A stretch of DNA of 64,000 bases from Fidelibacterota bacterium (GCA_024278595.1 JAJRSW010000099.1:5573-69572); one strand, 5' to 3'; positions 52,216-62,043 are shown, numbered from the stretch's first letter. Numbers and translations are program-made. The notes: a model not told the origin generated them from the sequence alone.

Positions 52216-53514
52216 CTAATTCCTGCCCAGTATTGATTGTAACAAAAAATGTCTCAGCCTGCTGTTATTAAATATTAATTGGAGGTAGAGCCGATAGAAT
52301 TGTAAATAAAAATTGAGGGTCCCCAGATTGGTTGGTTTGAGTACCAGATGCAGCATATCCCAATGCTTGCGGTTTTTGGTTAACAGGGATCGGGAATAGT
52401 CATCATATATTTTTGTACCTGGGAAGGGGGTGAAGATGGAGCTGGTAAAGAGCTCCAATTCATTCTTTCGGATCCAATTGCCTAAGGTCTTGAAGGTATT
52501 ACTTGTGGACTCAAGCGGCGCAATGAACAAAGCCGTACATTGGATACCAGCTTCCCGTAAAACTGTGGCACAGCGTTCATTTTGTTGGCTCGAAACGTTC
52601 TTTTCATAAGCCTGAAGGTCAGCATCAGCAAGGGTTTCAAATCCGATGATGATATCTATGACACCAACTGATCTCAATTCAGCAATGAGTTGGGGCTGTT
52701 GCGCAACAAAATCAGCGCGCCCATAAATTATATACCGCTTTTTGAGTGCTTCACTACGGTTCAGTTTGACAAAATCTTCAACCCGCTTTTCATCGATCAA
52801 AAAATCATCATCAACTATCCAGATCAGATCATGTTGGATGGATTTTATCTCATGGATAACTGCTTCCATGGGGCGGGCTGTGTATTTCCCATCATTTAAA
52901 AGACGGCAATAACAGAAATTACAGGAAAAGGGACAGCCCGCTGCAGATTTAACCAGAGCTGCTGAGCCATAATAGTGATAATGAAATTTTCGGCGATGTT
53001 TATAAAAATGAGATCGGTCAGGGAGGACGGTATCCTGAATAGCTGGTTGGAACCTTGGATTCATCTTCCAGTTGTCCCTTTCACGGTAGGTGATGCCGGG
53101 CAGCTTAGCCAGGTTTTTAAATTGATGTTGAATGAGTCCACGAAAGGTTGAATGGCCTCCTGAAAGTACAATGATATCAATATGAGCCGTTTGAAATTCC
53201 CTGAAATTGATCTCTGCATGGACACCACCCACCAGGACAGTGATATTGGAATTGAACTTTTTTATTATTTCTGCATAGCTGAGGATCCGGTCCTGGATGG
53301 AAATGTAGCCCGTGAGGGCAACCACACTCGGTTGATAGCTCCTGAGCGTTTTAATAAGCGAGCTTCTGTCAATGACCTCGTCATGGATTTTTGTCTCGAT
53401 CTTTTCAGCTCCGGCAATCGCTGCCAGATATTCAAGATCCAGGGGCTCGGTCCGGATCGGATTAGCCAGAGAAAAAAGACTGCTATACCTGGGGCGGACC
53501 AACAGGATTCTCAT
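52216..53514 (-). CDS. B12-binding radical SAM protein, paralog 1
   Basis: 432 aa. N-terminus MRILLVRPRYS. Cluster motif AAGCPFSCNFC. Confidence 0.85.
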   Translation of the reverse strand: MRILLVRPRYSSLFSLANPIRTEPLDLEYLAAIAGAEKIETKIHDEVIDRSSLIKTLRSYQPSVVALTGYISIQDRILSYAEIIKKFNSNITVLVGGVHAEINFREFQTAHIDIIVLSGGHSTFRGLIQHQFKNLAKLPGITYRERDNWKMNPRFQPAIQDTVLPDRSHFYKHRRKFHYHYYGSAALVKSAAGCPFSCNFCYCRLLNDGKYTARPMEAVIHEIKSIQHDLIWIVDDDFLIDEKRVEDFVKLNRSEALKKRYIIYGRADFVAQQPQLIAELRSVGVIDIIIGFETLADADLQAYEKNVSSQQNERCATVLREAGIQCTALFIAPLESTSNTFKTLGNWIRKNELELFTSSIFTPFPGTKIYDDYSRSLLTKNRKHWDMLHLVLKPTNLGTLNFYLQFYRLYLQLIFNNSRLRHFLLQSILGRN

Positions 53515-54476
53515 GTATTCCCATTCCTAAAGACATTAAACGAGGTGGTGGGCATTTTGTATGATACCAGGGGCATTGCGATCTGAATCAGTTTATTTAG
53601 CATTTTGTTGGCGTGGTGAACGTGAATAAATTTCTCTTCCATCTGGCAGCCCAGTTTTAACTTTATTGCTTCACCTGTCTGCCCCAGGTCAACAATATCA
53701 CAGCCGCCTGAGATGCCCTTCCTGATGATCCAAAGTAGTATGTTAAGATAAATATCATATTGCTTGAGTCTGGTATATTTAATACCAGTGAACATAAAGA
53801 TCAAGCGCTTTGAATCCTGATATAATTGGATGAACCCCAGCAGGTCACCTGCGATCTGAAAGCGATAAATATCAGCTGGAAATTGGCGAAAAAACTCGAT
53901 TGATAATTTTTCAAGCTTATAATCCGATCTTCCATGAACATCTAAATAGAGTTGATACATGTCACCTGAGAAATCTTGATTGTCAGTCAGGTGGGTAATT
54001 TCCACACGTTGCCATTTCTCCAGGGCTTTGGTCATACGGTAGCGATAGTGACTCCTTAATCGGGTGAGATATGCATCGAATGTGTCCCAATGGATCTGCA
54101 GGATACAACTTGGGAGCGTATGGCCACTGGAAAATCCGGTGATTTGTTGCTCTGAACTATTCAGGATGATCTTGAGCCCTCTATGAGCCAAAAGATTTTC
54201 TTTTATACTTTGGGTCAGTGTGGGATGGTATCCGCAAAAAGCCAGTGAGCAGGGGATACCTACTATCCTGGTGGGGTATTTCAGGCTTAGACCAAGATAG
54301 GTGAACAAGTTCAGGTGTATTTTATATGAGACCGCTACACATGGTTCTTGGGGATCATTGGAGAAAAAGTAACGTTGGTTACAAAAATTGGTTTCCTCAA
54401 GTATCTCCAGAGAGTCCTTTTTTAAAAAGGGGTTAGCTGAATTCACTGGAAAAGAAAAATCTGGAATTCCCCTCAC
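53511..54476 (-). CDS. Hypothetical protein of 321 aa, possibly a FemAB/GNAT-fold acyltransferase
   Basis: Overlaps the downstream rSAM gene by 4 nt, placing it in the same operon. No secure motif. Confidence 0.45.
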   Translation of the reverse strand: MRGIPDFSFPVNSANPFLKKDSLEILEETNFCNQRYFFSNDPQEPCVAVSYKIHLNLFTYLGLSLKYPTRIVGIPCSLAFCGYHPTLTQSIKENLLAHRGLKIILNSSEQQITGFSSGHTLPSCILQIHWDTFDAYLTRLRSHYRYRMTKALEKWQRVEITHLTDNQDFSGDMYQLYLDVHGRSDYKLEKLSIEFFRQFPADIYRFQIAGDLLGFIQLYQDSKRLIFMFTGIKYTRLKQYDIYLNILLWIIRKGISGGCDIVDLGQTGEAIKLKLGCQMEEKFIHVHHANKMLNKLIQIAMPLVSYKMPTTSFNVFRNGNT

Positions 54477-54507
54477 ATTTAATACTGATCGTAGTGTGAT
54501 GGCTAGC

Positions 54508-55701
54508 TCAGATATTAACTGAATAAACTTTATAAGATTTTAACGGCTTGATCTTATCCTGTGACCACTTGTTGATCATTCCCTTTGAACTGATGTTCGT
54601 ATCCACAACCCACCCGGTTTCGCAGGTTTCAAACTTGTTTTTAGTCTCTTTGTAGCAGGCTGCCATCAGATTGATCCCGATACCTGATCGTTGGTATTCA
54701 GGTAATACTGCAACCTGTGCCCCCCGGAAAGATCGTACTGAAGCGCTGGAGAACTTGTTCTTTAAATAGGCTATAAGTCCAATTCTCCCTCCGGCTGGGA
54801 TCAATTCATTGAAATCTGGATACCAGAGTAAATAACCGACTGGTTTTCCAGCTATCTCAGCTATTAATAGATTTTCCGGTCTTAAAATGGGTTTAAACAT
54901 CTCTAACATTTCATAGTCTTCGGCGACTTGGCGGTGAAAATAAAAGGGATGTTTGGCAAAAGCTGCATTGCTCAGTGAATTATAGATTACAGACTCTGAG
55001 GCCAAATTGGAGAGGTCAATATAGCGAATATTAAGTCCTGCAGATTTTTCCGGAAGTTTTAGGGAGCTAAACTCTTTTGCAAATTGCCCCATTCCTTTTT
55101 GATAGGTGTCCAGCTCGGAGAAATTGGTGGCATGAGCAGAAAGGAGGGTGTCATAATAGCCTGGATTCCAGGCATTTCCGAAGCTCATGGGTAGGTCAAA
55201 GCCGCGAGAAAGAATGCCAAGGCCGTAATTGGGGTGGCCGTTAATGCCAAAGACAATTTGCTTAGCTCCCCGTTCTTTTCCGGCTCGTGAAGCTTCTTCA
55301 ATGATTATAGGGACGGTACCAGGGTTGTTCAGGGATTCAAAAAATGCCACCATGATCATATCAGGGGCTTGATCTGACCAGATAAGGGTTGCCACAGCCT
55401 GGGGAATCTCATCAATAATAAGAAGGGGTTGAATGTATTTATCTTTCGAAAAGGCAGATTTACCAGTTAGGATACCTCTCATGGTGGGGACCATGGAAGC
55501 CCGATAATATGGATTACCCTGATAGAGGTCTTTTATAAATTTGAAATACTGATTCAGATTACTGGTGGAACATTGAACTATTTGCACAGTATCGTTTCCC
55601 TTTAAATATTTTAGACCGGTTGAAGAAACAATCCAAGGGAAAAAACTAACTCTGCAGTAATATTTTAGAATTTTCCACAGCGTGGCAATTAATCGAGACA
55701 A
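54508..55701 (-). CDS. GNAT-fold acyltransferase-like protein (397 aa, two-domain)
   Basis: C-terminal VLPEYQRSGIGINLMAAC resembles the GNAT acyl-CoA-binding motif Q/RxxGxG/A. The ORF-track start at 55701 is TTG, 5 nt from the repeat. The true start may lie downstream. Confidence 0.5.
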   Translation of the reverse strand: MSRLIATLWKILKYYCRVSFFPWIVSSTGLKYLKGNDTVQIVQCSTSNLNQYFKFIKDLYQGNPYYRASMVPTMRGILTGKSAFSKDKYIQPLLIIDEIPQAVATLIWSDQAPDMIMVAFFESLNNPGTVPIIIEEASRAGKERGAKQIVFGINGHPNYGLGILSRGFDLPMSFGNAWNPGYYDTLLSAHATNFSELDTYQKGMGQFAKEFSSLKLPEKSAGLNIRYIDLSNLASESVIYNSLSNAAFAKHPFYFHRQVAEDYEMLEMFKPILRPENLLIAEIAGKPVGYLLWYPDFNELIPAGGRIGLIAYLKNKFSSASVRSFRGAQVAVLPEYQRSGIGINLMAACYKETKNKFETCETGWVVDTNISSKGMINKWSQDKIKPLKSYKVYSVNI

Positions 55702-55705
55702 CTAA

Positions 55706-55883
55706 CCTGAATAATTCATAGCCACTAAGTCACGAAGCCACCAAGTTTTAAAAAATATATGCTTATCAAAAATTATCACTCACAGATGCAAATAATTCTG
55801 TTTAAAATGACCTTGTTCATAACTTTAATAATCTTCGTGGCTTAGTGTCCTCGTGGTAATAATTCATGAATAATGCAGGTTAG
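55706..55883 (+). repeat. Copy C of the ~175-bp family-1 repeat. The CCTGAATAATTCAT end abuts the start of the rSAM/GNAT operon.
   Basis: cctgaataattcatagccactaagtcacgaag...caaataattctgtttaaaatgaccttgttcataactttaataatcttcgtggcttagtg...gtaataattcatgaataatgcagg. Internal inverted repeats cacgaag/cttcgtg and ATTCATGAAT. Confidence 0.85.
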
Positions 55884-56214
55884 ATACCATGACAGGCTCG
55901 CCTTGTCAGAATTTTAAATTCCGGTGCCGAATGTTAGGAAGGATAAAGTGTATTTAACCGATTATCCCATAACTAACAATCACATTATATTACAATCGTG
56001 GTTGCCCTCCCTCATGAAGTATGCGGCTTACGTGCAAGAACCCTCTGGACCGGCACGAATCGTAAAAGTCCCGCCAGTGTTTCTTTTGCGAACCAGTGTT
56101 AGTGAACTACTTTTAACGCGCACTTTAAACTGACAGACTTATGCTACTACAAACGGCCATTTTTAAAAAACCGGCGCTTGATCAGCATCAATTGGAAACC
56201 CAAGAGGATCTTAG

Positions 56215-56988
56215 ATGGAGTCGATACTCGCAAGCTACATGGCCAGGTTGGAGGCCTGGAGACTAGACCACTTCAAAGCTGAATTTCTGGTGGAAGACCA
56301 CCCTGATCTGAGCCAGAAATTTCATCCTTCAGGAGCAGCCAAACCGTTTCATGGCCTGACAGTGGTGACCTTTATTGATCCCGAATCGATGCTATACCAG
56401 GCACTCTGTGATTATCAAAACCGGATCAGAACCGCACTGAAACAAGCTGGATTAGAAGCTATATTTAGCTTTCTTGACCCAAAATCATTTCATATGACCC
56501 TATGTGATATCGTGGCCGGACCTGACCCAGTTCCAACTCAGCAGACAGCTAGGATTCTCCAAGCCGCCGGTAGGTGTTTTCCCAGTATAGGAAAAATTCC
56601 TGATCTATCCGGCACCCTGTCTGGTTTGGGCGTGGATGCTAGTCTGCTGCTCCTGGTTCAGTTTGAGGAGACCGCCCTGAAGGCTTGTCTGGATATTGAA
56701 CACCTGCTCAAGGAAGGTCTGGGGGTGGATGAAAGATCATTCTTAGGGCATGTCAGTCTGGCTTATTTTGTCCAGGTACCCGGATCGGTTCTCCAGCAGA
56801 TAAAGTGTGTATTGGACCCATTTAAGGGAGAATCATTAGGTCAATTTCCAATCACAAAAATTGATCTTTGCTATTTTCGGGACATGCATAGCTATCAACC
56901 TCGCATGACATTTGATCTCCGCGATGGTAGTTTTGCCATCTCTCGCGACTATTTGAGCAGTCGATCTCAAAATAAGAAAGCACACTGA
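56215..56988 (+). CDS. 2H phosphoesterase superfamily protein (LigT/cyclic phosphodiesterase-like)
   Basis: 257 aa with two H-x-T/S-x motifs, FHMTLCD and GHVSLAY, at appropriate spacing. Confidence 0.6.
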   Translation: MESILASYMARLEAWRLDHFKAEFLVEDHPDLSQKFHPSGAAKPFHGLTVVTFIDPESMLYQALCDYQNRIRTALKQAGLEAIFSFLDPKSFHMTLCDIVAGPDPVPTQQTARILQAAGRCFPSIGKIPDLSGTLSGLGVDASLLLLVQFEETALKACLDIEHLLKEGLGVDERSFLGHVSLAYFVQVPGSVLQQIKCVLDPFKGESLGQFPITKIDLCYFRDMHSYQPRMTFDLRDGSFAISRDYLSSRSQNKKAH

Positions 56989-56994
56989 AAAGCC

Positions 56995-58554
56995 ATGAAT
57001 TCCTATTTAAAAATTGACCAGCCAACCCACTCTCTGGTTGTTGTGGATCTGAAAAACGACCGGATGGATGGCCAGATCGCCGCCTGTGGTCTCCAGGGCA
57101 TTATTAACCGTGATTCCACTGAAAAACTTTATATCACGAATACCTATTGTTTCGACAATTTAGGGGGTGGAAAAACTCAAATTCAAATTGCAGGGCGCTT
57201 GCTCGAGACCCTTTTCTCAGATATCCCCACTGAGCGACTCTCACCAGAGGCCAACAAGTGCTGGCCTGGTTTTCTCGCTGCGCTGAATCGTTTTCGAGGT
57301 GTTGTAAAGGGCTTGATCATCTGGGACCCGACCTTGGAAGGGGCTACAATTGAAGCTGCTACCACCCTGGCAGGACAGACCGATGGTTTGATCTGTTCAC
57401 CTGAACTTTCAGAAGCATTACAGGACTTTAAATTCCCACTCATCAAGGATTTTCGCGAAGAGGGTTTTGAAAATAATATTGAATGTCTGGACTGGCTGTT
57501 GGCTAATTGTTTTGAAAAATGTGCAACAGCCCTGGCCTTTACCTGGTCACATATGACAACCGACTCCACCAGTTGGGGGGCGGCGAATAAGGATTATGTA
57601 ATTGCCTCAGGCTTGTTTAGTTTTTATCTGGATATTACTGATGAGGTGGAGCGGGAAGCCTACAAATGTGTTTTGGAACGCTATCCTCCAGGTACACCCA
57701 TTCTGGGGTGGACGGATGAAAGGTGGGCCGATGCCCTTTTTGCCAAACTTGGTTATTTTATGGTTCCCTGTATTTCGGTGGAGAACCTGTCGGTTCATGC
57801 ATCTTTTCCCTCAGTCCACGGAACTCAAGCGGATCCCAAACCCGCTGAACTGGTTCCTAATGGAGTATATATTGCCATGCATGTGGCTGATGGTGATAAT
57901 CTCCTGCATAGTATGGTCTACGAACCTGACTGTATCATGCGCAGCAGGGCTTACGGAGAGATTCCCCTAACCTGGATCCTTAATCCTGGTTTGACGGATC
58001 TGGCTCCACGACTCTTCGATTGGTACTATGAGGGGCTGGGGAATCAGGAAATGGCAGCCATGCTCAGCGATGGTCATCCCTTTAGTGATCGCTATGCTGC
58101 CTTCCGGCAGTATTGCGATTTTTGCAGCTATTATCTCAAAAAAGCGGGCATGCTCACGCTAAAACAGATGGAAGAATCAGAGGCGGTTGCCTGGAATGTG
58201 CAGCCCTATGTCATGAACAGCGGGTATGCCGGCACCTGCCCAAAAGGGATCCGGGTTGATGATTACCACATGGATAATGAATGTTTTCACATTGGCAGCA
58301 TCAAGCATACTGATGCTGGAAGTATTCGCGAGCGGGTGAAAAATAATCCTGGAGAGGGTCCACTCTTTTATAATATTTTCTGTGGAACCGCCATTATTGA
58401 TCTCCCTCAATTGGTCAAGGATATTGCTGAAGACCTGTGGGCTGGACAGGCACAGGATGGTGTGCAGTATTTTTTTCTACGCAGTATGGATCTGGCGGCA
58501 ACCTATCGGGTTTATAAAGGGCTGCCAGTGAAACCCCGACCTGCCAAAGCATGA
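56995..58554 (+). CDS. Hypothetical protein of 519 aa, family unknown
   Basis: Starts 7 nt after the 2H gene, so it is probably co-transcribed. No signal peptide and no recognisable motifs. Confidence 0.5.
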   Translation: MNSYLKIDQPTHSLVVVDLKNDRMDGQIAACGLQGIINRDSTEKLYITNTYCFDNLGGGKTQIQIAGRLLETLFSDIPTERLSPEANKCWPGFLAALNRFRGVVKGLIIWDPTLEGATIEAATTLAGQTDGLICSPELSEALQDFKFPLIKDFREEGFENNIECLDWLLANCFEKCATALAFTWSHMTTDSTSWGAANKDYVIASGLFSFYLDITDEVEREAYKCVLERYPPGTPILGWTDERWADALFAKLGYFMVPCISVENLSVHASFPSVHGTQADPKPAELVPNGVYIAMHVADGDNLLHSMVYEPDCIMRSRAYGEIPLTWILNPGLTDLAPRLFDWYYEGLGNQEMAAMLSDGHPFSDRYAAFRQYCDFCSYYLKKAGMLTLKQMEESEAVAWNVQPYVMNSGYAGTCPKGIRVDDYHMDNECFHIGSIKHTDAGSIRERVKNNPGEGPLFYNIFCGTAIIDLPQLVKDIAEDLWAGQAQDGVQYFFLRSMDLAATYRVYKGLPVKPRPAKA

Positions 58555-58693
58555 CCGGAGTTGTAGGGCCCGAGGCTGGGTTGACAGTTTGATCTCACAC
58601 AAATTGCCGTTGGATGGGTTTGAATTCGGGATCGATCTGCTGGTGCGAGCTGCCGATCAGGTTAATAAAGTAATGATTTATCCAGAGGACTAG

Positions 58694-59623
58694 ATGCTTG
58701 AGCTGAAAGATAAATGGGTCTGGGATTTCTGGTTTTGCCGGGAAGCTGATTCATATCACATTTTTTACCTGCAAGCTCCCAGATCTTTAGGTGATGAACG
58801 GCTCCGACACTTCAACGCCAGTATTGGTCATGCAAGCTCAACTGATTTGATCAACTGGAGCATCCTGCCAGATGCCATTGGTCCGGGAATAAAGGGTGAA
58901 TGGGATGATCTAGCTACGTGGACAGGTTGTACAATCCATAAGGATGGGGAGTGGTATCTTTTCTATACCGGAGTCAATCAGGCTGACAGTGGTCTCGTGC
59001 AAAGAATCGGTGTTGCAATTTCAAAAGATCTGATAAGCTGGAAGAAGTATGCCGGGAATCCTGTGATTGAAGCAGACCCCAGGTGGTACGAACTCCTGAA
59101 TTTGAATGCCTGGCATGATCAGGCCTGGCGGGATCCCTGGGTGTTTGAATACGATGGTCAGTTCCATGCTTTCATAACCGCTCGAGTTAAAGCTGGACCG
59201 ACTGATGGTCGAGGGGTCATAGCCCATGCGATTTCAAAGGACATCCTAGATTGGAATGTGCAGGCACCAGTAACTGAACCCGGAGATTTTGGACAGTTGG
59301 AGGTTCCCCAGTTGGTTGAGGTGGAGCGGAAACCCTGTCTGATCTTTAGCACTGATAAATTTTCACATTCAAGAGCTCTGCTTGAGCGGACCGGAAAACC
59401 ACCGATTACCGGGACAGCCTGTTACATGGGTGAAACACCGCTGGGTCCCTTTACCAGGCATGATGATCCCTGGCTGTTCGAAAATAGCGGTGGAACACTA
59501 TATAGCGGGAAGTTCATTGAAGCTACTGAGCTTGACTGGACCTTTATGGCCTTCGAAAATTACGCGGACAATGGTGAATTCATTGGCCGGATCACCAACC
59601 CTTTCACCATCAAATCTCCATAG
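58694..59623 (+). CDS. Five-bladed beta-propeller glycoside hydrolase, GH32-like (clan GH-J; beta-fructosidase-like)
   Basis: 309 aa. KWVWDFWF (cf. WMNDPNG nucleophile block), YHIFYLQAP (cf. YHLFYQYNP), IGHASSTDLINW (cf. WGHATSKDLVHW), WRDPWVF (RDP motif) and LEVPQL (EC-like acid/base). Confidence 0.55.
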   Translation: MLELKDKWVWDFWFCREADSYHIFYLQAPRSLGDERLRHFNASIGHASSTDLINWSILPDAIGPGIKGEWDDLATWTGCTIHKDGEWYLFYTGVNQADSGLVQRIGVAISKDLISWKKYAGNPVIEADPRWYELLNLNAWHDQAWRDPWVFEYDGQFHAFITARVKAGPTDGRGVIAHAISKDILDWNVQAPVTEPGDFGQLEVPQLVEVERKPCLIFSTDKFSHSRALLERTGKPPITGTACYMGETPLGPFTRHDDPWLFENSGGTLYSGKFIEATELDWTFMAFENYADNGEFIGRITNPFTIKSP

Positions 59624-59624
59624 T

Positions 59625-60953
59625 TCATTCATATCCCGATGTGATCAAGTCAATCACCAATGCTGCCGTCCAGGAAAAGGAGTCGCTACCTAATCCCTGT
59701 CCTGTTTCCGGGTTGAAATACTCATAGAATCCGTTCTGCTCCACGAGTTGCAGTGTTTCATGAGCGAGGCGCCGAGCCAGATCAGCACGACCATACAATT
59801 CTAATCCTTTGATAATCATCCAGTTCATATTGATCCAGACCGGTCCCCGCCAGTAGCGCTGTGCATCGAACTTAGCACTGCCCCTGGACTGACTGCAAAT
59901 ACCCCAGCCCGACTCTGGCCAGAAATCTGGGGAGGCTAGTTTTGTGATCAAAAGTTCAGCTTGTTCCTGTTTGGGGATACCGGCGAACAGGGGCAGGAAC
60001 TGGCTGAGATTTTCAGAAATGATCGGTGCTTCGGTAGTTAGGTCAAGATCGTGGTAACGACCCAGGTCAGCATTCCAGAGGGTTGTCTTAATAGCTTCTT
60101 TGGTAGCTGCGATCTGGTCTTTAATTTTGTGGCAATCTTGCCCAATGATCCTGCCAATCTCTGCAAGCGCCTGCATGGACTTCAAGTGTAATACATTGAA
60201 CAGAATAGATTGAATATTAAAAAGCCCCAACGAGTAGATCTTTGCCTGATCCCACTGTTCCATGGCATAGCGCTGTACCAGATATGAATAACGACGATAC
60301 TCATCATCCGATGGTCTTTGACTGCCAGCGATCTTCTGATTATCCCGTCTCATGAACCTGGGTTGAAAGTTCAGATTGAAGTTATTCAACGGTTTATCCC
60401 AGTTGGTTGCATTATCCATACCGCTCTCCCAGGGATGACAGATGAAGGCTAATCCTTGCTGTAATGGATCACGCGCACTGAGTAAGAACTCAGTCTGAAG
60501 TAATAGATCAGCGTAGATGTCCGCCAAGAATAATCTGGCTGCCTGCTTGTGATCGGAGTTACGATAGACTTCCAGAGCGGCATGGGCCAGGATGGGGGGT
60601 TGGGTGATCCCGCTGGTACGGATGGTACTGGGAGCACCTGGAATAGCCGTTTTCCAGTACTCGGGGCCGGGATGATAATCGCTGGCTTCAGGGTTGAAAA
60701 CGATATGGGGGATCATTCCGTTGAACCACTGTGCTTTCAATAAGGTCCGAATTTCTGTCTGGGCCCGCAGTTCGTTCACATGCGCTAGACCGATGGCAAT
60801 AAAGGCTGAATCCCAATTCCATTGATGAGGATATAGCTGAGGTGCCGGTTTTGTTGAGCAGCCCAGATCATTGTTTGATAAGACGATCCGAGCCTGGTCT
60901 ACCAGTACATGTCGACTTGAATATAGCTGCATGCCGGTTCCTTTTTCTACCAT
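59625..60953 (-). CDS. (alpha/alpha)6-barrel glycoside hydrolase, GH63/GH100-like (mannosyl-/glucosyl-glycerate hydrolase- or neutral invertase-like)
   Basis: 442 aa. Size and motifs such as YPHQWNWDSAF and WRGPVWIN resemble small GH63-like hydrolases. The assignment is tentative. Confidence 0.45.
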   Translation of the reverse strand: MVEKGTGMQLYSSRHVLVDQARIVLSNNDLGCSTKPAPQLYPHQWNWDSAFIAIGLAHVNELRAQTEIRTLLKAQWFNGMIPHIVFNPEASDYHPGPEYWKTAIPGAPSTIRTSGITQPPILAHAALEVYRNSDHKQAARLFLADIYADLLLQTEFLLSARDPLQQGLAFICHPWESGMDNATNWDKPLNNFNLNFQPRFMRRDNQKIAGSQRPSDDEYRRYSYLVQRYAMEQWDQAKIYSLGLFNIQSILFNVLHLKSMQALAEIGRIIGQDCHKIKDQIAATKEAIKTTLWNADLGRYHDLDLTTEAPIISENLSQFLPLFAGIPKQEQAELLITKLASPDFWPESGWGICSQSRGSAKFDAQRYWRGPVWINMNWMIIKGLELYGRADLARRLAHETLQLVEQNGFYEYFNPETGQGLGSDSFSWTAALVIDLITSGYE

Positions 60954-61026
60954 AACAAACTGATTGACTTCTAAACAAATATAAATATATTTAAACCGAT
61001 TTAAATAACTTTAAATACATTTAAAA

Positions 61027-62043
61027 ATGAAGCCTACCATTAAAATGATAGCTGATGAGACTGGAGTTTCGACTGCCACGGTCTCACTTGTTCTGAATAA
61101 TCGGCCGGGTGTCTCAGCTGAAACCCGGGAACTGGTCCAGAAAACAATCACCGCGCTAAACTATTTCCCCAAGCGCTCAGCCAGTCAGTTAGCCCGTCAA
61201 CAAACCGGGAATATTGGCTTTATCATCTGGGAAGATCACTTTTCTGAGATAGAGATGTTTTACTCCCAATGTTTTCTTGGTATGGAACTGGCGACCCGGG
61301 ATAGCGATTATTATATCCTCTTGACAACGGTCAAGCTGGACTTCTCTATTCCTGCCAATCTGCCTCGATTTCTTAAATATGATGATGTTGATGGCGTCGT
61401 TCTCGCCGGACGGGTTCCCCACAATCTGGTCGCCCTGCTGGAAAAGCGTAAGATTCCCTTTGTTCTGCTCGATTATGAGATTCCAGGTAAGAATCATCAT
61501 AAAGTACTGGTAGATAACTACCAGGGAGCCTATACCGCCGTTCAGAAGTTGGCCAGTAAGGGGCGAAAAAACGTCGGTTATATTGGGGGGTCTGCAGATC
61601 ATCCATCCATCAAAGAACGATATCGGGCCTATCTGGCTGCTATTCACGATCTTGGTTTACATCCCAATGGGAACCCCCTGGACCTGGTGTATGCCCGTAC
61701 CAAGGAGATCACCCCTGAGATCGGTATTGAAGGGATAAAAGAGCTGTTGGCAAAAGACCTGCCTCTGGATGCTATATTCTGTGCCAACGACACTCTGGCT
61801 CTGGGTGTGCTGGAAGAATTGAAACGCCAGGAAATTGCTATTCCAGGTGAGATCGCTGTGGTTGGTTTCGATGATATTTATGCAGCCCGGTTTCATTCAC
61901 CACCCATGTCGTCCGTGCATGTACCGAAAATGGAATTAGGTAAGGAAGCCTTCAAATTGCTGGTAGAAGTCATTAATAATCCAAAGCAGATATCACAGAC
62001 TCGCACGATCAGTGTGAATTGTGTATGTCGGGAGACCTCCTGA
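61027..62043 (+). CDS. LacI-family transcriptional regulator
   Basis: 338 aa. N-terminal HTH IKMIADETGVSTATVSLVLNN. Periplasmic-binding-like sugar-binding core. Confidence 0.9.
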   Translation: MKPTIKMIADETGVSTATVSLVLNNRPGVSAETRELVQKTITALNYFPKRSASQLARQQTGNIGFIIWEDHFSEIEMFYSQCFLGMELATRDSDYYILLTTVKLDFSIPANLPRFLKYDDVDGVVLAGRVPHNLVALLEKRKIPFVLLDYEIPGKNHHKVLVDNYQGAYTAVQKLASKGRKNVGYIGGSADHPSIKERYRAYLAAIHDLGLHPNGNPLDLVYARTKEITPEIGIEGIKELLAKDLPLDAIFCANDTLALGVLEELKRQEIAIPGEIAVVGFDDIYAARFHSPPMSSVHVPKMELGKEAFKLLVEVINNPKQISQTRTISVNCVCRETS

